Positions 47,881 to 56,980 are shown, counted from the stretch's first letter. The stretch is DNA of 64,000 nt from an uncultured Lichenihabitans sp. (GCA_964244255.1 CAXTIC010000016.1:7695-71694), one strand, 5' to 3'. Notes: generated from the letters alone by a model not told the origin. Translations and numbers: made by a program.

Positions 47881-50089
47881 GTTTCGGGCGCGCGGGCTGG
47901 CTCGTCGTCATGTGCTGATTCTGCTGATGCCACAACCCGCTGTAGATGTCGCAACGCTCCAGCAGTTCCTCGTGCTTGCCGATATCGTGGACCTCGCCCT
48001 GATCGAGCACAAGGATCGCGTCGGCGTTCACGAGCGACGACAAGCGGTGTGAGATGACGATCATCGTGCGCCCGGCCGCGATCCGCTGCAGGTTGGCGTT
48101 GACGATCGCCTCGCTTTCCGCGTCGAGCGCGCTGGTGGCCTCGTCGAGGATCAGGATGCGCGGGTTGGTGATCAGTGCGCGCGCGATGGCGAGCCGCTGA
48201 CGCTGGCCGCCCGACAGGTTCGGCGACCCCTCGTAGATGAACGTTTCGTAGCCGCGCGGCAGCTTATCGATGAACTCCTCGGCTCCGGCCAGCCGGGCGG
48301 CGAAAACCATCTCCTCGAACGAGGCGTCGCTCTTGGCCGCCGTGATGTTCTCTCGAATCGTGCCGCTGAACAGGAAGTTTTCCTGGAGCACCACCCCGAG
48401 GCTCGACCTGAGATAGTCGATATCGTATTCGCGCACGTCGATCCCGTCGACCTTGATCAGCCCCTGGTAATCAGAATGCAAGCGCTGCAACAGCCGCGTC
48501 ACGGTCGTCTTTCCCGAACCGCTGCGGCCCATGACGCCCAGTGTCGTCCCTTTCGGGATCTCGAACGTGACCGAACGCAACGCCGGCTGCAGAGCGCCTT
48601 TATACTTGAATCGCACCTTGGAGAATTCGACATAACCGTTGACGGGCTTGCGCACACCATGCCCGGTCCGCCCTTCTTCGGGCGGCAGGTTGACGAGGCT
48701 CGCCACGACGCCGACCGCCAACCGCGCTTCGTCGATCTGCTGCAACATGTGCGACATCTGGATCAATGGTGCCGATATTCGTTGAGTCAAAAGAATAAAT
48801 ACAAACAATGTTCCAACATAGATAGGGTCGTTGCTGGTGATCGCGAAGTACACGCCCAACCCGTAGGTGCCACTCACCATCAAGCGTTCGAGCGGCGCCA
48901 CCACGGTCTGCAGAACGTTGCTGACTTTCGACGCTTCCATCTGAGCGAGCGCGACGCGTGAGGTGAGCACGTCCCATTCATGGCGCTGCTTGGAATCGAG
49001 TGCCAGGGACTTGATCGTTCGGATGCCGTGGATGTTCTGCGACAGGAACGCCCCCCGATTCGCTTCCGCGGTCTCGACCTTGCTCGACCGTACCCTGTAG
49101 ATCGGAAGCATGATCGCGATCCACCCGAAGATCAGAGCGCACATCACCAGCACGAATGTCGTAAGTACCAAACTTAAGTAAAACATCACAGGCAGAAAAA
49201 ACAGCAATACGCCGCTGTCCAGCACAGTACCAAACAATTGCCCCATGAGGAACGAGCGAATGCGGCTGAGCTGGCCCATCTTATACGTGATAAGACCAAC
49301 GGGCGTGCTTTCGAAAAAGTCCACGGGCAGATTGAGCACCTTGTCGAACATGTAGGTCGACAGCTTGATGTCCATGCGCGTCGTGAGGCGCGACAACAGG
49401 AAGCGGCGCAGGGCACCGAACGCCGTCTCGAAGGAGATCAGGATCAGCATTCCGAGACAAAGCACCACGAAGGTGTTTATGGCGTGAGTCGGAAGCACGC
49501 GTTCCGCCAACAAGCGCATGAACATGATCGGCGCCAGGGCCAGCAGGCTCATGCTCAGAGCGCTGATCGCGATGCCGCGCGCGAGCCGCCGCTCGCGCAC
49601 GATCAAACCCAGGATGAAGGCAGGACCGAACGGCTGGTCCTCGTCCGAGACTGCGTAGTCGCGCTGGATCAACACGATCTCGCCGGTCCAAACCTCGGCG
49701 AGCTGGTTATGATCGAGCACCAGGAGCGCGTCGGGGTCGGCGCTCGGGTCCTGCAGGACGACCCGCGGCAGGTTGTGGTCCACCTCGGTGCGCAACAGCA
49801 CCATGCAGGAGCCGTTCTTGAAGCGTATGATCGCCGGCAGCGCCTTCTTGAGTTGCGCCAGGCCGTTGACGTCAAGCCGGAGCGCCCTGCCCTTGAGGCC
49901 GGCCCCTTCGGCGCAGCGCAGCAGTTGCGCCGTCGTCACCTCGTCCCCGGACAAGCGGTTGTCGCGAACCAGTTGCGAGGCGCTCAGGTGAAACCCATGC
50001 CGCCGGGCGATGACGACCAGGCATTGCAGGCCGGACGGTGCGGCGTCGTCGGTCGACGCACCGGCTTGCACCAAGGTCGAACTCTTCAT
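47849..50089 (-). CDS. type I secretion ABC transporter (HlyB-like) with an N-terminal C39-like domain
   Basis: Trimmed to ATG 50089 (MKSSTLVQ). A ~130-aa C39-like domain comes first, and in my by-eye alignment the catalytic Cys position reads Ser (PSGLQC versus DCG). A six-helix TMD follows. The NBD has Walker A GRSGSGKTT, signature LSGGQRQR and Walker B ILILDEATS. There is a 32-nt overlap with hlyD. Confidence 0.92.
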   Translation of the reverse strand: MKSSTLVQAGASTDDAAPSGLQCLVVIARRHGFHLSASQLVRDNRLSGDEVTTAQLLRCAEGAGLKGRALRLDVNGLAQLKKALPAIIRFKNGSCMVLLRTEVDHNLPRVVLQDPSADPDALLVLDHNQLAEVWTGEIVLIQRDYAVSDEDQPFGPAFILGLIVRERRLARGIAISALSMSLLALAPIMFMRLLAERVLPTHAINTFVVLCLGMLILISFETAFGALRRFLLSRLTTRMDIKLSTYMFDKVLNLPVDFFESTPVGLITYKMGQLSRIRSFLMGQLFGTVLDSGVLLFFLPVMFYLSLVLTTFVLVMCALIFGWIAIMLPIYRVRSSKVETAEANRGAFLSQNIHGIRTIKSLALDSKQRHEWDVLTSRVALAQMEASKVSNVLQTVVAPLERLMVSGTYGLGVYFAITSNDPIYVGTLFVFILLTQRISAPLIQMSHMLQQIDEARLAVGVVASLVNLPPEEGRTGHGVRKPVNGYVEFSKVRFKYKGALQPALRSVTFEIPKGTTLGVMGRSGSGKTTVTRLLQRLHSDYQGLIKVDGIDVREYDIDYLRSSLGVVLQENFLFSGTIRENITAAKSDASFEEMVFAARLAGAEEFIDKLPRGYETFIYEGSPNLSGGQRQRLAIARALITNPRILILDEATSALDAESEAIVNANLQRIAAGRTMIVISHRLSSLVNADAILVLDQGEVHDIGKHEELLERCDIYSGLWHQQNQHMTTSQPARPKLAYRGSQSVA

Positions 50090-50411
50090 CCCGTTTTCCC
50101 GGCCCCGCAAAGCTCACCGGCGGGCATCGGAGCGCCGGATCGCCAGGGCGTGATACCGCAAAAGCGGCTTTTTCGCAAGCTTGGCAATAGGGTGTTCTAA
50201 GGCGCACGTGGTTTCGTAAATGACGAAGCCCGTCCATCGCCGCGCACGGAAGTATCCACGGATCATTGTAAAAGACTTACCTCAATGCGGAAATCCGCGC
50301 ATCGGCGGCGGCGTCCGGCGGGTTGCGATTCGCCCCCGGCCGCGCTAGCGACGCACGGGGCGTGAGCCGGCCCGCGGCCGGCCGCGAATACTTACGCGGG
50401 ACGGCCAAGCG

Positions 50412-50894
50412 ATGGCGGGACACGACAGCGACGTTCGCCCGCTCACGATTTTCGTCGATGCCGATGCCTGTCCGGTCAAGGCCGAGGTGTATCGGGTCGC
50501 CGAGCGTCACGCCTGCCGTGTGTTCGTCGTGGCAAACAGCGTGCTGGCCGTGCCGCGCGCACCCTTCATCGAGCGGGTGCTCGTGCCCGGGGACCCCGAC
50601 GCGGCCGACGATTGGATCGCCGCGCACGTCCACGCGGGCGACATCGTGATCAGCGCGGACATTCCCTTGGCGAGCCGTTGCGTGAAGGCCGGCGCCGTCG
50701 TTCTCGCGCCCGATGGCCGCCCGTTCACCGCCTCTTCGGTCGGCATGGCGCTGGCCACGCGCAATTTGATGGACCAGCTGCGCGAGGCCGGGGAAACGAC
50801 GCGCGGACCGAAGCCCTTCGCGCCGCGGGACAGATCCGCGTTCTTGGGCGCGCTCGACCGCGAGATCGTGCGCTCGCGCCGGCGCGCCCGGTGA
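50412..50894 (+). CDS. YaiI/YqxD (UPF0178, DUF188) family protein
   Basis: 160 aa. [11 protein letters not shown]...VVANS...DAADDWI...[12 protein letters not shown] is the family pattern. Confidence 0.85.
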   Translation: MAGHDSDVRPLTIFVDADACPVKAEVYRVAERHACRVFVVANSVLAVPRAPFIERVLVPGDPDAADDWIAAHVHAGDIVISADIPLASRCVKAGAVVLAPDGRPFTASSVGMALATRNLMDQLREAGETTRGPKPFAPRDRSAFLGALDREIVRSRRRAR

Positions 50895-50920
50895 GCGGGG
50901 CGGGGCCACCGGGCGGAGCC

Positions 50921-51889
50921 TCAGTCCCCGCACACCATTTGGAACAGCGCCGTCCGCAGCGGCGGCCCGTAGTCCGACTGCCGGAAATAGGCGGCCTGCG
51001 GCAGCGGGTCGACGTCGGGCGCGATCTCGTTGTTGCGCGGCAGCGGGTGCAGGACGCGCGCTTCGGGGCGCAGGCGGCGGGCGGTCGCACCGTCGAGCAC
51101 GAAGCGGTCCTTCACGCGGTCGAACAGGCCCTCGTCCGTGAACCATTCCTTCTGCGGGCGCGTCATGTAGACCACGTCCACCTTCGGGAGGAGGTCGTCC
51201 CAGTCGACGGTTTCCGTGAAGGGCACGCCGCGGCCGGCCAGATAGGCCTTGATGTCGTCGCGCACGCGCAGTTCCGGCACGGACACGAAGTGCAGCCGCG
51301 TGCCCGGGTATTGCGCGATCAGGTAGGCGAGCGAGCGCACGGTGCGGCTGAAGCGGCAATCGCCCACGAAGGCGATCTCGACCCCCTCGACGCGGCCCAC
51401 CTCGCGCTCGATCGTGTAAAGGTCGAGCGCGGCCTGGGTCGGATGCTGCTCGGCGCCGCAGCCGGCGTTGAACACCGGCACCGGAAAGCCGGCGCGCGCC
51501 ATGCCGTGCGACACGAGCGCGGCGGCGTCGTCGCGCGGGTGCCGCAACACGAGCGCGCGGGGGCCGTAGCCCGCGACCACGCGGGCGGTGTCCTCCAGGA
51601 CCTCGCCCTTGGCGGCGGATGAGAAGCGCCCCGCGTCCTCCGTGTAGATAACGTCGGCGCCGAGGCGCATCGCCGCCAGCTGGAACGACATGCGGGTTCG
51701 CGTGCTGGGCTGGTAGAACAGCATCACCACCACCCGGCCCCGAAAGATGCGCTCGGGCGCCCCGGTAAGCAGCCGGGTCGTCCGTTCGGCCAGTTCGGCG
51801 AACACGTCGGGGGTGAACTGTTGGGCCTCCAGGATCGAGCGCCCCCTGAGCGGCGCCGCGGCGCACCGCGCCGTCGCGCGCCCGGTCAC
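50921..51889 (-). CDS. pyrB: aspartate carbamoyltransferase-like catalytic chain
   Basis: GTG 51889 (GTGA overlap with the upstream stop). It has the carbamoyl-phosphate motif FYQPSTRTRMSF, SSAAKGEVLEDT, HPTQ, GDCRFSRTVRS, MTRPQKEWF and VLHPLPR. Confidence 0.85.
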   Translation of the reverse strand: MTGRATARCAAAPLRGRSILEAQQFTPDVFAELAERTTRLLTGAPERIFRGRVVVMLFYQPSTRTRMSFQLAAMRLGADVIYTEDAGRFSSAAKGEVLEDTARVVAGYGPRALVLRHPRDDAAALVSHGMARAGFPVPVFNAGCGAEQHPTQAALDLYTIEREVGRVEGVEIAFVGDCRFSRTVRSLAYLIAQYPGTRLHFVSVPELRVRDDIKAYLAGRGVPFTETVDWDDLLPKVDVVYMTRPQKEWFTDEGLFDRVKDRFVLDGATARRLRPEARVLHPLPRNNEIAPDVDPLPQAAYFRQSDYGPPLRTALFQMVCGD

Positions 51890-52650
51890 GATGCCGCCCG
51901 CATGGCCCGTGCCAGCCGCGGCCAATCGCGTTTCGGCGACCACGCGACGTTGTTCGCCGCGACGTCGTCGGCGACGCACGGATCCGATTGGTCGTACTGC
52001 CCGAAAACATGCCGAACGACGGACACGACCGGCAGGTCGAGCCCGGGCCGCGGCACGTACGCGGTGTCCACGAGGGCCGACCGGTTGAGGATGCACAGGA
52101 CGCCGGCCACGCGCGCCCCCCGTGCCTCGATCAGCGCGACGAGTTGGGCCGTCGTGCTGAAATTGTTGCACACGTCCTCGACGATGAACCAGCTCTGCCC
52201 CGGCGCGGGCTCGTGCCGGTCGAACACGAGTTCGGTCGCCTCGCGTGACGCCGCGCCCGCCGCCGCGACGATCCTTTTCTCCGGGTAGATGTAGTCGCGC
52301 CCGGCATCGAGCGCGAGCTGGTAGGCGAAGGCCTTGCCGCCTTCGGGCGCCCCGCAATACCCGGCCGCCGCGTCGAGCGTCGGGCCGAGGTGCCGGCCGC
52401 GCATGGCGTCGGAGAGGCGACGCGAGAAGGCGCGCAGCAAGCTGGGGTGCCGCTCCGCCCGTGCCACGTTGACGTAAACCTCGCCCACGTACTGGCGGCC
52501 GTCCGCGTCGCGGCCGGCGTAGCCGACGAGCGGACCGAGACGCTTCCCCGCCGCGTCCTTCGGGGTTTCGTAGAAGGCCCCGCACGCCTTCAGCCAGTCG
52601 AGCGGAGCGTCGCGATCGGCGCCGTCGCCGATCCGTTCCCAAGGCCGCAT
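51886..52650 (-). CDS. type I phosphoribosyltransferase (orotate PRTase-like)
   Basis: Trimmed to ATG 52650 (MRPWERIG). It has the PRPP-binding loop SWFIVEDVCNNFSTTAQL and lies between pyrF and the ATCase-like gene. Confidence 0.75.
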   Translation of the reverse strand: MRPWERIGDGADRDAPLDWLKACGAFYETPKDAAGKRLGPLVGYAGRDADGRQYVGEVYVNVARAERHPSLLRAFSRRLSDAMRGRHLGPTLDAAAGYCGAPEGGKAFAYQLALDAGRDYIYPEKRIVAAAGAASREATELVFDRHEPAPGQSWFIVEDVCNNFSTTAQLVALIEARGARVAGVLCILNRSALVDTAYVPRPGLDLPVVSVVRHVFGQYDQSDPCVADDVAANNVAWSPKRDWPRLARAMRAAS

Positions 52651-52660
52651 GGACGAGCCC

Positions 52661-53509
52661 CTACCTGTAGGCGTTGACGGCGTCGCCGAGCCGCCGCGTT
52701 TCGGCGCGGGCCGCGGACGCGAAGTCCTCGCCCGACGACGCGTAAAGGATGGCACGGGACGCCGCGATGATCATGCCGCGCCCCCGCGCGTCGCGCCCCG
52801 CCGCGACCGTGGCGCGCAGGTCGCCGCCCTGGGCGCCGATGCCCGGGATCAGCAGCGGCATGTCGCCGGCCAGCGCGCGCACGCGGGCGAGTTCGCCCGG
52901 CACCGTCGCTCCGACGACGAGGCCGCAATTGTCGTTGCCGTTCCAGCCGGCGGCGACCGTGCGCGCCACGGCCTCGTAGAGCCGCTCCGGGCCGGCGCCG
53001 ACGGCGAGATCCTGGAACTCGCCGCCCCCCGGGTTCGAGGTTCGGCACAGCACGAAGACGCCCTTGTCGCGCCGCGCGAGGAACGGAGCCAGCGCGGCGC
53101 CGCCGAAATAGGGCTGGACCGTGACGGCGTCGGCGCCGAGATCGTCGAAGGCGTGCCGGACGTAGCCTTCGTTGGTCGAGCCGATGTCGCCGCGCTTGGC
53201 GTCGTAGATGACGGGGATGTCGGGGCCGATCTCCCGGACGCGGGCCATCAGGCGGGCGAGGACCGCCGCGCCCGCCGCGCCGAGCGCTTCGAAGAAGGCC
53301 GCGTTGGGCTTGAACGCGCAGGCGAGGTCATGGGTGGCCTCGACGATCGCCGAACAGAAGTCCAGGACGGACTCGGCCCGCGCCTCGGCGCCGTCCCCGG
53401 CCTTGAGGTGCCGCGGCAGCCGCTCCCAATCGGGATCGAGGCCGACGCAGAGGAAGCGCCCCATGTCCCAGCGCGCCTCGACGAGGTCACGGAAGACGGG
53501 GCGCGTCAT
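52661..53509 (-). CDS. pyrF: orotidine 5'-phosphate decarboxylase (long, type 2 form)
   Basis: 282 aa with LCVGLDP, FKPNAAFFE, IYDAKRGDIGST and VTVQPYFG motifs. Confidence 0.9.
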   Translation of the reverse strand: MTRPVFRDLVEARWDMGRFLCVGLDPDWERLPRHLKAGDGAEARAESVLDFCSAIVEATHDLACAFKPNAAFFEALGAAGAAVLARLMARVREIGPDIPVIYDAKRGDIGSTNEGYVRHAFDDLGADAVTVQPYFGGAALAPFLARRDKGVFVLCRTSNPGGGEFQDLAVGAGPERLYEAVARTVAAGWNGNDNCGLVVGATVPGELARVRALAGDMPLLIPGIGAQGGDLRATVAAGRDARGRGMIIAASRAILYASSGEDFASAARAETRRLGDAVNAYR

Positions 53510-53525
53510 GCGGGAACGCCACGGG

Positions 53526-54611
53526 TCATGGCAGCACCCGCCAGGCGAGCACCTCGCCCGCCATCATCGGCACGAGGCCGTCTCCGAGGGCCGGGACGGC
53601 GACCTCCTCGGGCACCCGCCAAGGCTCCCGCACGAGCGTCACGGTCCCGGCATTCAGGGGGAAGCCGTAGAACCGCGCCCCGTGCTCGGCCACGAACGGT
53701 TCGAGCTTGTCGAGGGCGTCATGCTCGGCGAAGAACGCCGCGAGCAGCGGCAGCGCCGCCAGGGTGTTCCAAACCCCGCAGGCCGAGGCCGCCGCCTCCT
53801 TGTCGCGCTTGAGGTGGGCCGCGTCGTCGCCTCCGTAGTAGAAGCGCGGGTGGCCGGACAGCAGCGCCTCATGCAGCGCGGCGCGATCGGCCCGACGCTT
53901 CGGCTGCGGCTTGCACCCGCAATGGACCCGCATGAGGCCGCGGCTCGCGGAACTGTAGCCCAGCACGTCGTCGAGCGTGGTGAGGAGGTGGTGCACCGTG
54001 ACGCTGGCGCCGACGGTCTCGCCCTGCGCCGCCACCCAGTCGACGGCCGCCCGGCTCGTGATGTGTTCGAGGCTGACGCGAAGGCGCGGAAACCGGCGGA
54101 TCACGTCGTCGAGGATGTCGAGGAACGCCGCCTCCTTGTCGAGCCCCTCGACGGCCTCGTCCGGGTGCTCGCCGTGGAACTGCACCACCATGCCGCAGGC
54201 CTCGGCCGAGGCGAGCGCCGGCGCGATCTTCGCATAGTCGCGCACGCCGTTGCCCGAATGCGTCGTCACCATGAACGGATAGACCTTGCCGACGCGCACG
54301 CCGAGGTCGGCCGCCTCGCGAACCGTACCGGCCGTCGTCGCCTCGGTGATCTGGATCGTCGGCACGGGGTCGAGGGTCGTGACCGGATCGACCGCGCGGG
54401 CGCGGGCCAGGATGCGGTCGCGGTAGCCGAGCGCGTCACGGCCCGTCAGCACGGCCGGGACGATGTTGGGCTCGGCCAAGATGCGCGCGCGCCATCCCGC
54501 CCGGATGAACACGGGCACGAGCGCGTCGAGCAGGGCGCCGTCCCGGAAATGGGCGTGCCAATTGTCGGGCGTCCGGATCGCGAGACGCCGGGGCTCCCCG
54601 TCGTTTCTCAC
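53526..54611 (-). CDS. pyrC: dihydroorotase-like amidohydrolase (homodimeric PyrC type)
   Basis: GTG 54611 (GTGA overlap with the upstream stop). It has the metal ligands PDNWHAHFRDG, a carboxylated-Lys context VGKVYP, and FHGE, LEHITS and GGDDAAH. Confidence 0.85.
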   Translation of the reverse strand: MRNDGEPRRLAIRTPDNWHAHFRDGALLDALVPVFIRAGWRARILAEPNIVPAVLTGRDALGYRDRILARARAVDPVTTLDPVPTIQITEATTAGTVREAADLGVRVGKVYPFMVTTHSGNGVRDYAKIAPALASAEACGMVVQFHGEHPDEAVEGLDKEAAFLDILDDVIRRFPRLRVSLEHITSRAAVDWVAAQGETVGASVTVHHLLTTLDDVLGYSSASRGLMRVHCGCKPQPKRRADRAALHEALLSGHPRFYYGGDDAAHLKRDKEAAASACGVWNTLAALPLLAAFFAEHDALDKLEPFVAEHGARFYGFPLNAGTVTLVREPWRVPEEVAVPALGDGLVPMMAGEVLAWRVLP

Positions 54612-55531
54612 GCGGCCCGGCTTTCGGGCGCGGGCGCGGTCCCGAGGGCACGCGCGCCGACCCGCTCCCGCACGTCGCGCCGCGCGATGGCGGTCGGCGC
54701 CCAGGGGGTGCGCAGGTGGATGGCGCCGTAGCTCACCGCCTCGGCCCCGAAGGCGCGCACGCGGGCGAGGTCGTCGAACGCCATGATGGAGGGCGCGATC
54801 ACCGGCAGCGTCCGGTCGGCCGCGACAGCCGAGGCCGCCCGCCAGTTCGCGGCTTGCGCGGGCTTTCCCGATACCCCGCCGCCGCCGCCCCCGACCGCGC
54901 TCTCGAGGCGCCACAACGGGCTGCGGCGACCGGGGAACACCCGCTCCCACGGCACGCTGTTGAAGGCCACCGCTTCCGCCGTGCCGACGAGGGCACGCGC
55001 GATGGCCCGGCAGTCCTGCGCGGCCGAAAGTTTCACGATCAGCGGGTGGCGGGACGCGGCCTTCACGGCGCGGAGCGCGCCGACGACCGCCTCCGTTTCG
55101 GGCAGCCCGTGGCCGGCGTTGGGGCAGGACGGGTTCACTTCGAGGCCGACGAGGGCGAACGGTTCGAGCAGGCGCGCCATGGCGACGAGGTCGTCGTCTG
55201 CGCCGAAAATAGAAGCGACGACCGGCACGCGAGGGGTGTCGAGCCCGGGTCCGACCTCACGGCACCACCAGTCGATCCCCGGATTGGTGAGCCCGACCTT
55301 GTTGACCGCGCCGCCCGGCAGAAGGCGCACGCAGCCCCATGGGGCGTGCCAGCGCAGGTTGCCGCGGCGGGGATGGCGGGTCAGCGTCTTCAGCACGACG
55401 GTGAACAGATCCGGCCGGATCAGCCGCGCCGCCACCATCGGCCGTTCCCACGGCCAGCCCCGCCCGTCGAAGGCGAGCGACCCGCTGGCGACGACGTGGT
55501 CGAGGACGTGGCCGTTCGATAAGGCGATCAT
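54608..55531 (-). CDS. pyrD: dihydroorotate dehydrogenase family flavoenzyme (soluble class 1-like, Cys base)
   Basis: 307 aa with no N-terminal membrane helix. It has KTLT...GN, VNKVGLTNPG, EVNPSCPN (catalytic Cys context) and a GGGGVSGKP FMN-phosphate loop. Confidence 0.8.
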   Translation of the reverse strand: MIALSNGHVLDHVVASGSLAFDGRGWPWERPMVAARLIRPDLFTVVLKTLTRHPRRGNLRWHAPWGCVRLLPGGAVNKVGLTNPGIDWWCREVGPGLDTPRVPVVASIFGADDDLVAMARLLEPFALVGLEVNPSCPNAGHGLPETEAVVGALRAVKAASRHPLIVKLSAAQDCRAIARALVGTAEAVAFNSVPWERVFPGRRSPLWRLESAVGGGGGGVSGKPAQAANWRAASAVAADRTLPVIAPSIMAFDDLARVRAFGAEAVSYGAIHLRTPWAPTAIARRDVRERVGARALGTAPAPESRAA

Positions 55532-55656
55532 GGCAGGTCCGGGGATTGCGCGCGAGCGGGCTCGGTATAACCCTCCCCGGGCCGCTTGGGAATGCGCCGT
55601 CGGGCTTCCGCCACGGGTCGGTCCGGTACGCGGCTTAGGCTCCAGACTCAGTCATA

Positions 55657-56914
55657 GTACATCGTTTCCATGGATCGACTCCTATAACGTCGCCTCGGCG
55701 ATTTTGTATGTGCAGTGATGGATGAGCGGGTCGCGGTCGATGTCTTCGAGGTAGGCGAGGATGCGGGCTTTGAGTTCGGCTTTGGATGCCACTCGGATGT
55801 GACGGAGCATCGAGCGCGCCATCCTGGAGAAGAAGCCCTCGACGAGGTTGAGCCAGGAGCCGTGCTGGGGGTGAACACGAAGGAGAACCGGCCCTCGGGC
55901 TGGCTTTCGATCCATGCCTTGGTCTCCTTGGAGAGGTGCGCCGAGTGGTTGTCGAGGATCGCCTCGATGGCGGTCTCGGCCGGGTAGGCGGCATCGGGCT
56001 TCTTGAGGAAGCCGACAAATTCGCGCGACCGGTGGCGGTCCTCGACGCTGGCATGCACTTGACCGGTCAGCAGGTCGATCCCGGCCAGCAGGCTCAGCGT
56101 GCCATGGCGCTTGTATTCGTGGTCGCGTGCGAACGCCGCGGGCGACCCTGGTCGCGGCGGCAGATCGGGTGCGGTGTTGCCGATCGCCTGGATGCCGGGC
56201 TTCTCGTCATACGAGATGATGGCACCAGGGGGGTCCGGCTGCTCACTCTCGCGCAGCAGGGCGACCTCGCGATAAACGCACAGCACGTCGGCCATCTTCG
56301 CCTCGAACGCCTCGTCGCGCCGTTCGAGACAGTGGCGCACCTTGTGCGGCTTGACCTCCTGGCGCGCGAGTATCTTGCAGACCGTGCCCTGCACGATGGT
56401 CGCCAGGCACGGATGCCCGGCCGCCTGCGCGTGCTCCCGCGCGTGACGCGCCAGCAGGCGCGTCGTCCACAATTCGTGTGGATACCCCAGGTCTTTCGCT
56501 TTCTGGCACGCGAGCGACACCAGCCAGGCGCGCGCCTCCGGCGTGATCACAGGCGCCTTCCCGGGTCGCGGGCTGTCGTCGAGGGCCGCCATGACGCCCA
56601 GCTGTTCGGCACGACGCACGCATCGCCGAACCGTGTGGCGCGTCACCCCGATCTGCTCGCCCACCGCAACGGAAGACGGATTGGCATGATAGGCCAGAAG
56701 CATGCGCGCCCGCTCAACCCGGACTGCCGCCTCGGTGCGCGATCGAGCGATCGCCTCCAATCGGGCCAACTCATCCGACCCGATCGAAAACTCCACAACC
56801 CGCCGGGGTGCCGCCATCATGCCCATCCGCCACATTGACCCCCAGACCGCTTACAACACGCCCCCCGACCAAGGGAATCCCATTTCGCGGATCACCTCCA
56901 TGGAATCGATGTAC
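55657..56914. mobile_element. IS630-family insertion sequence (about 1.26 kb) with TA target-site duplication
   Basis: The terminal inverted repeats are GTACATCGTTTCCATGGA (55657-55674) and TCCATGGAATCGATGTAC (56897-56914), matching at 17/18 positions. Each is flanked by TA (55655-55656 and 56915-56916). Confidence 0.8.
55682..56835 (-). pseudogene. IS630-family DDE transposase, frameshifted near the C-terminus
   Basis: ORF 55648..56835 carries the HTH and DDE regions (YDEKPGIQA...LDNHSAH). The conserved end HGSWLNLVEGFFSRMAR...KAELKARI lies in another frame (ORF 55682..55915). The shift is at a C5 run near 55868-55872 (ttcaccccc/agcacggc). Confidence 0.8.
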
Positions 56915-56980
56915 TAGCATCGCCGCATCGAGCGGGTCGATGTCCGGCGAACCCGGTGACGCGCCGACCCGGACCCTCCC

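Noticed and set aside
55860-55880. IS630 frame switch considered as programmed ribosomal frameshifting
   Set aside because: The shift lies inside the conserved C-terminal catalytic region at a plain C5 run. There is no slippery heptamer or downstream structure. It looks like a mutation or a homopolymer sequencing error.
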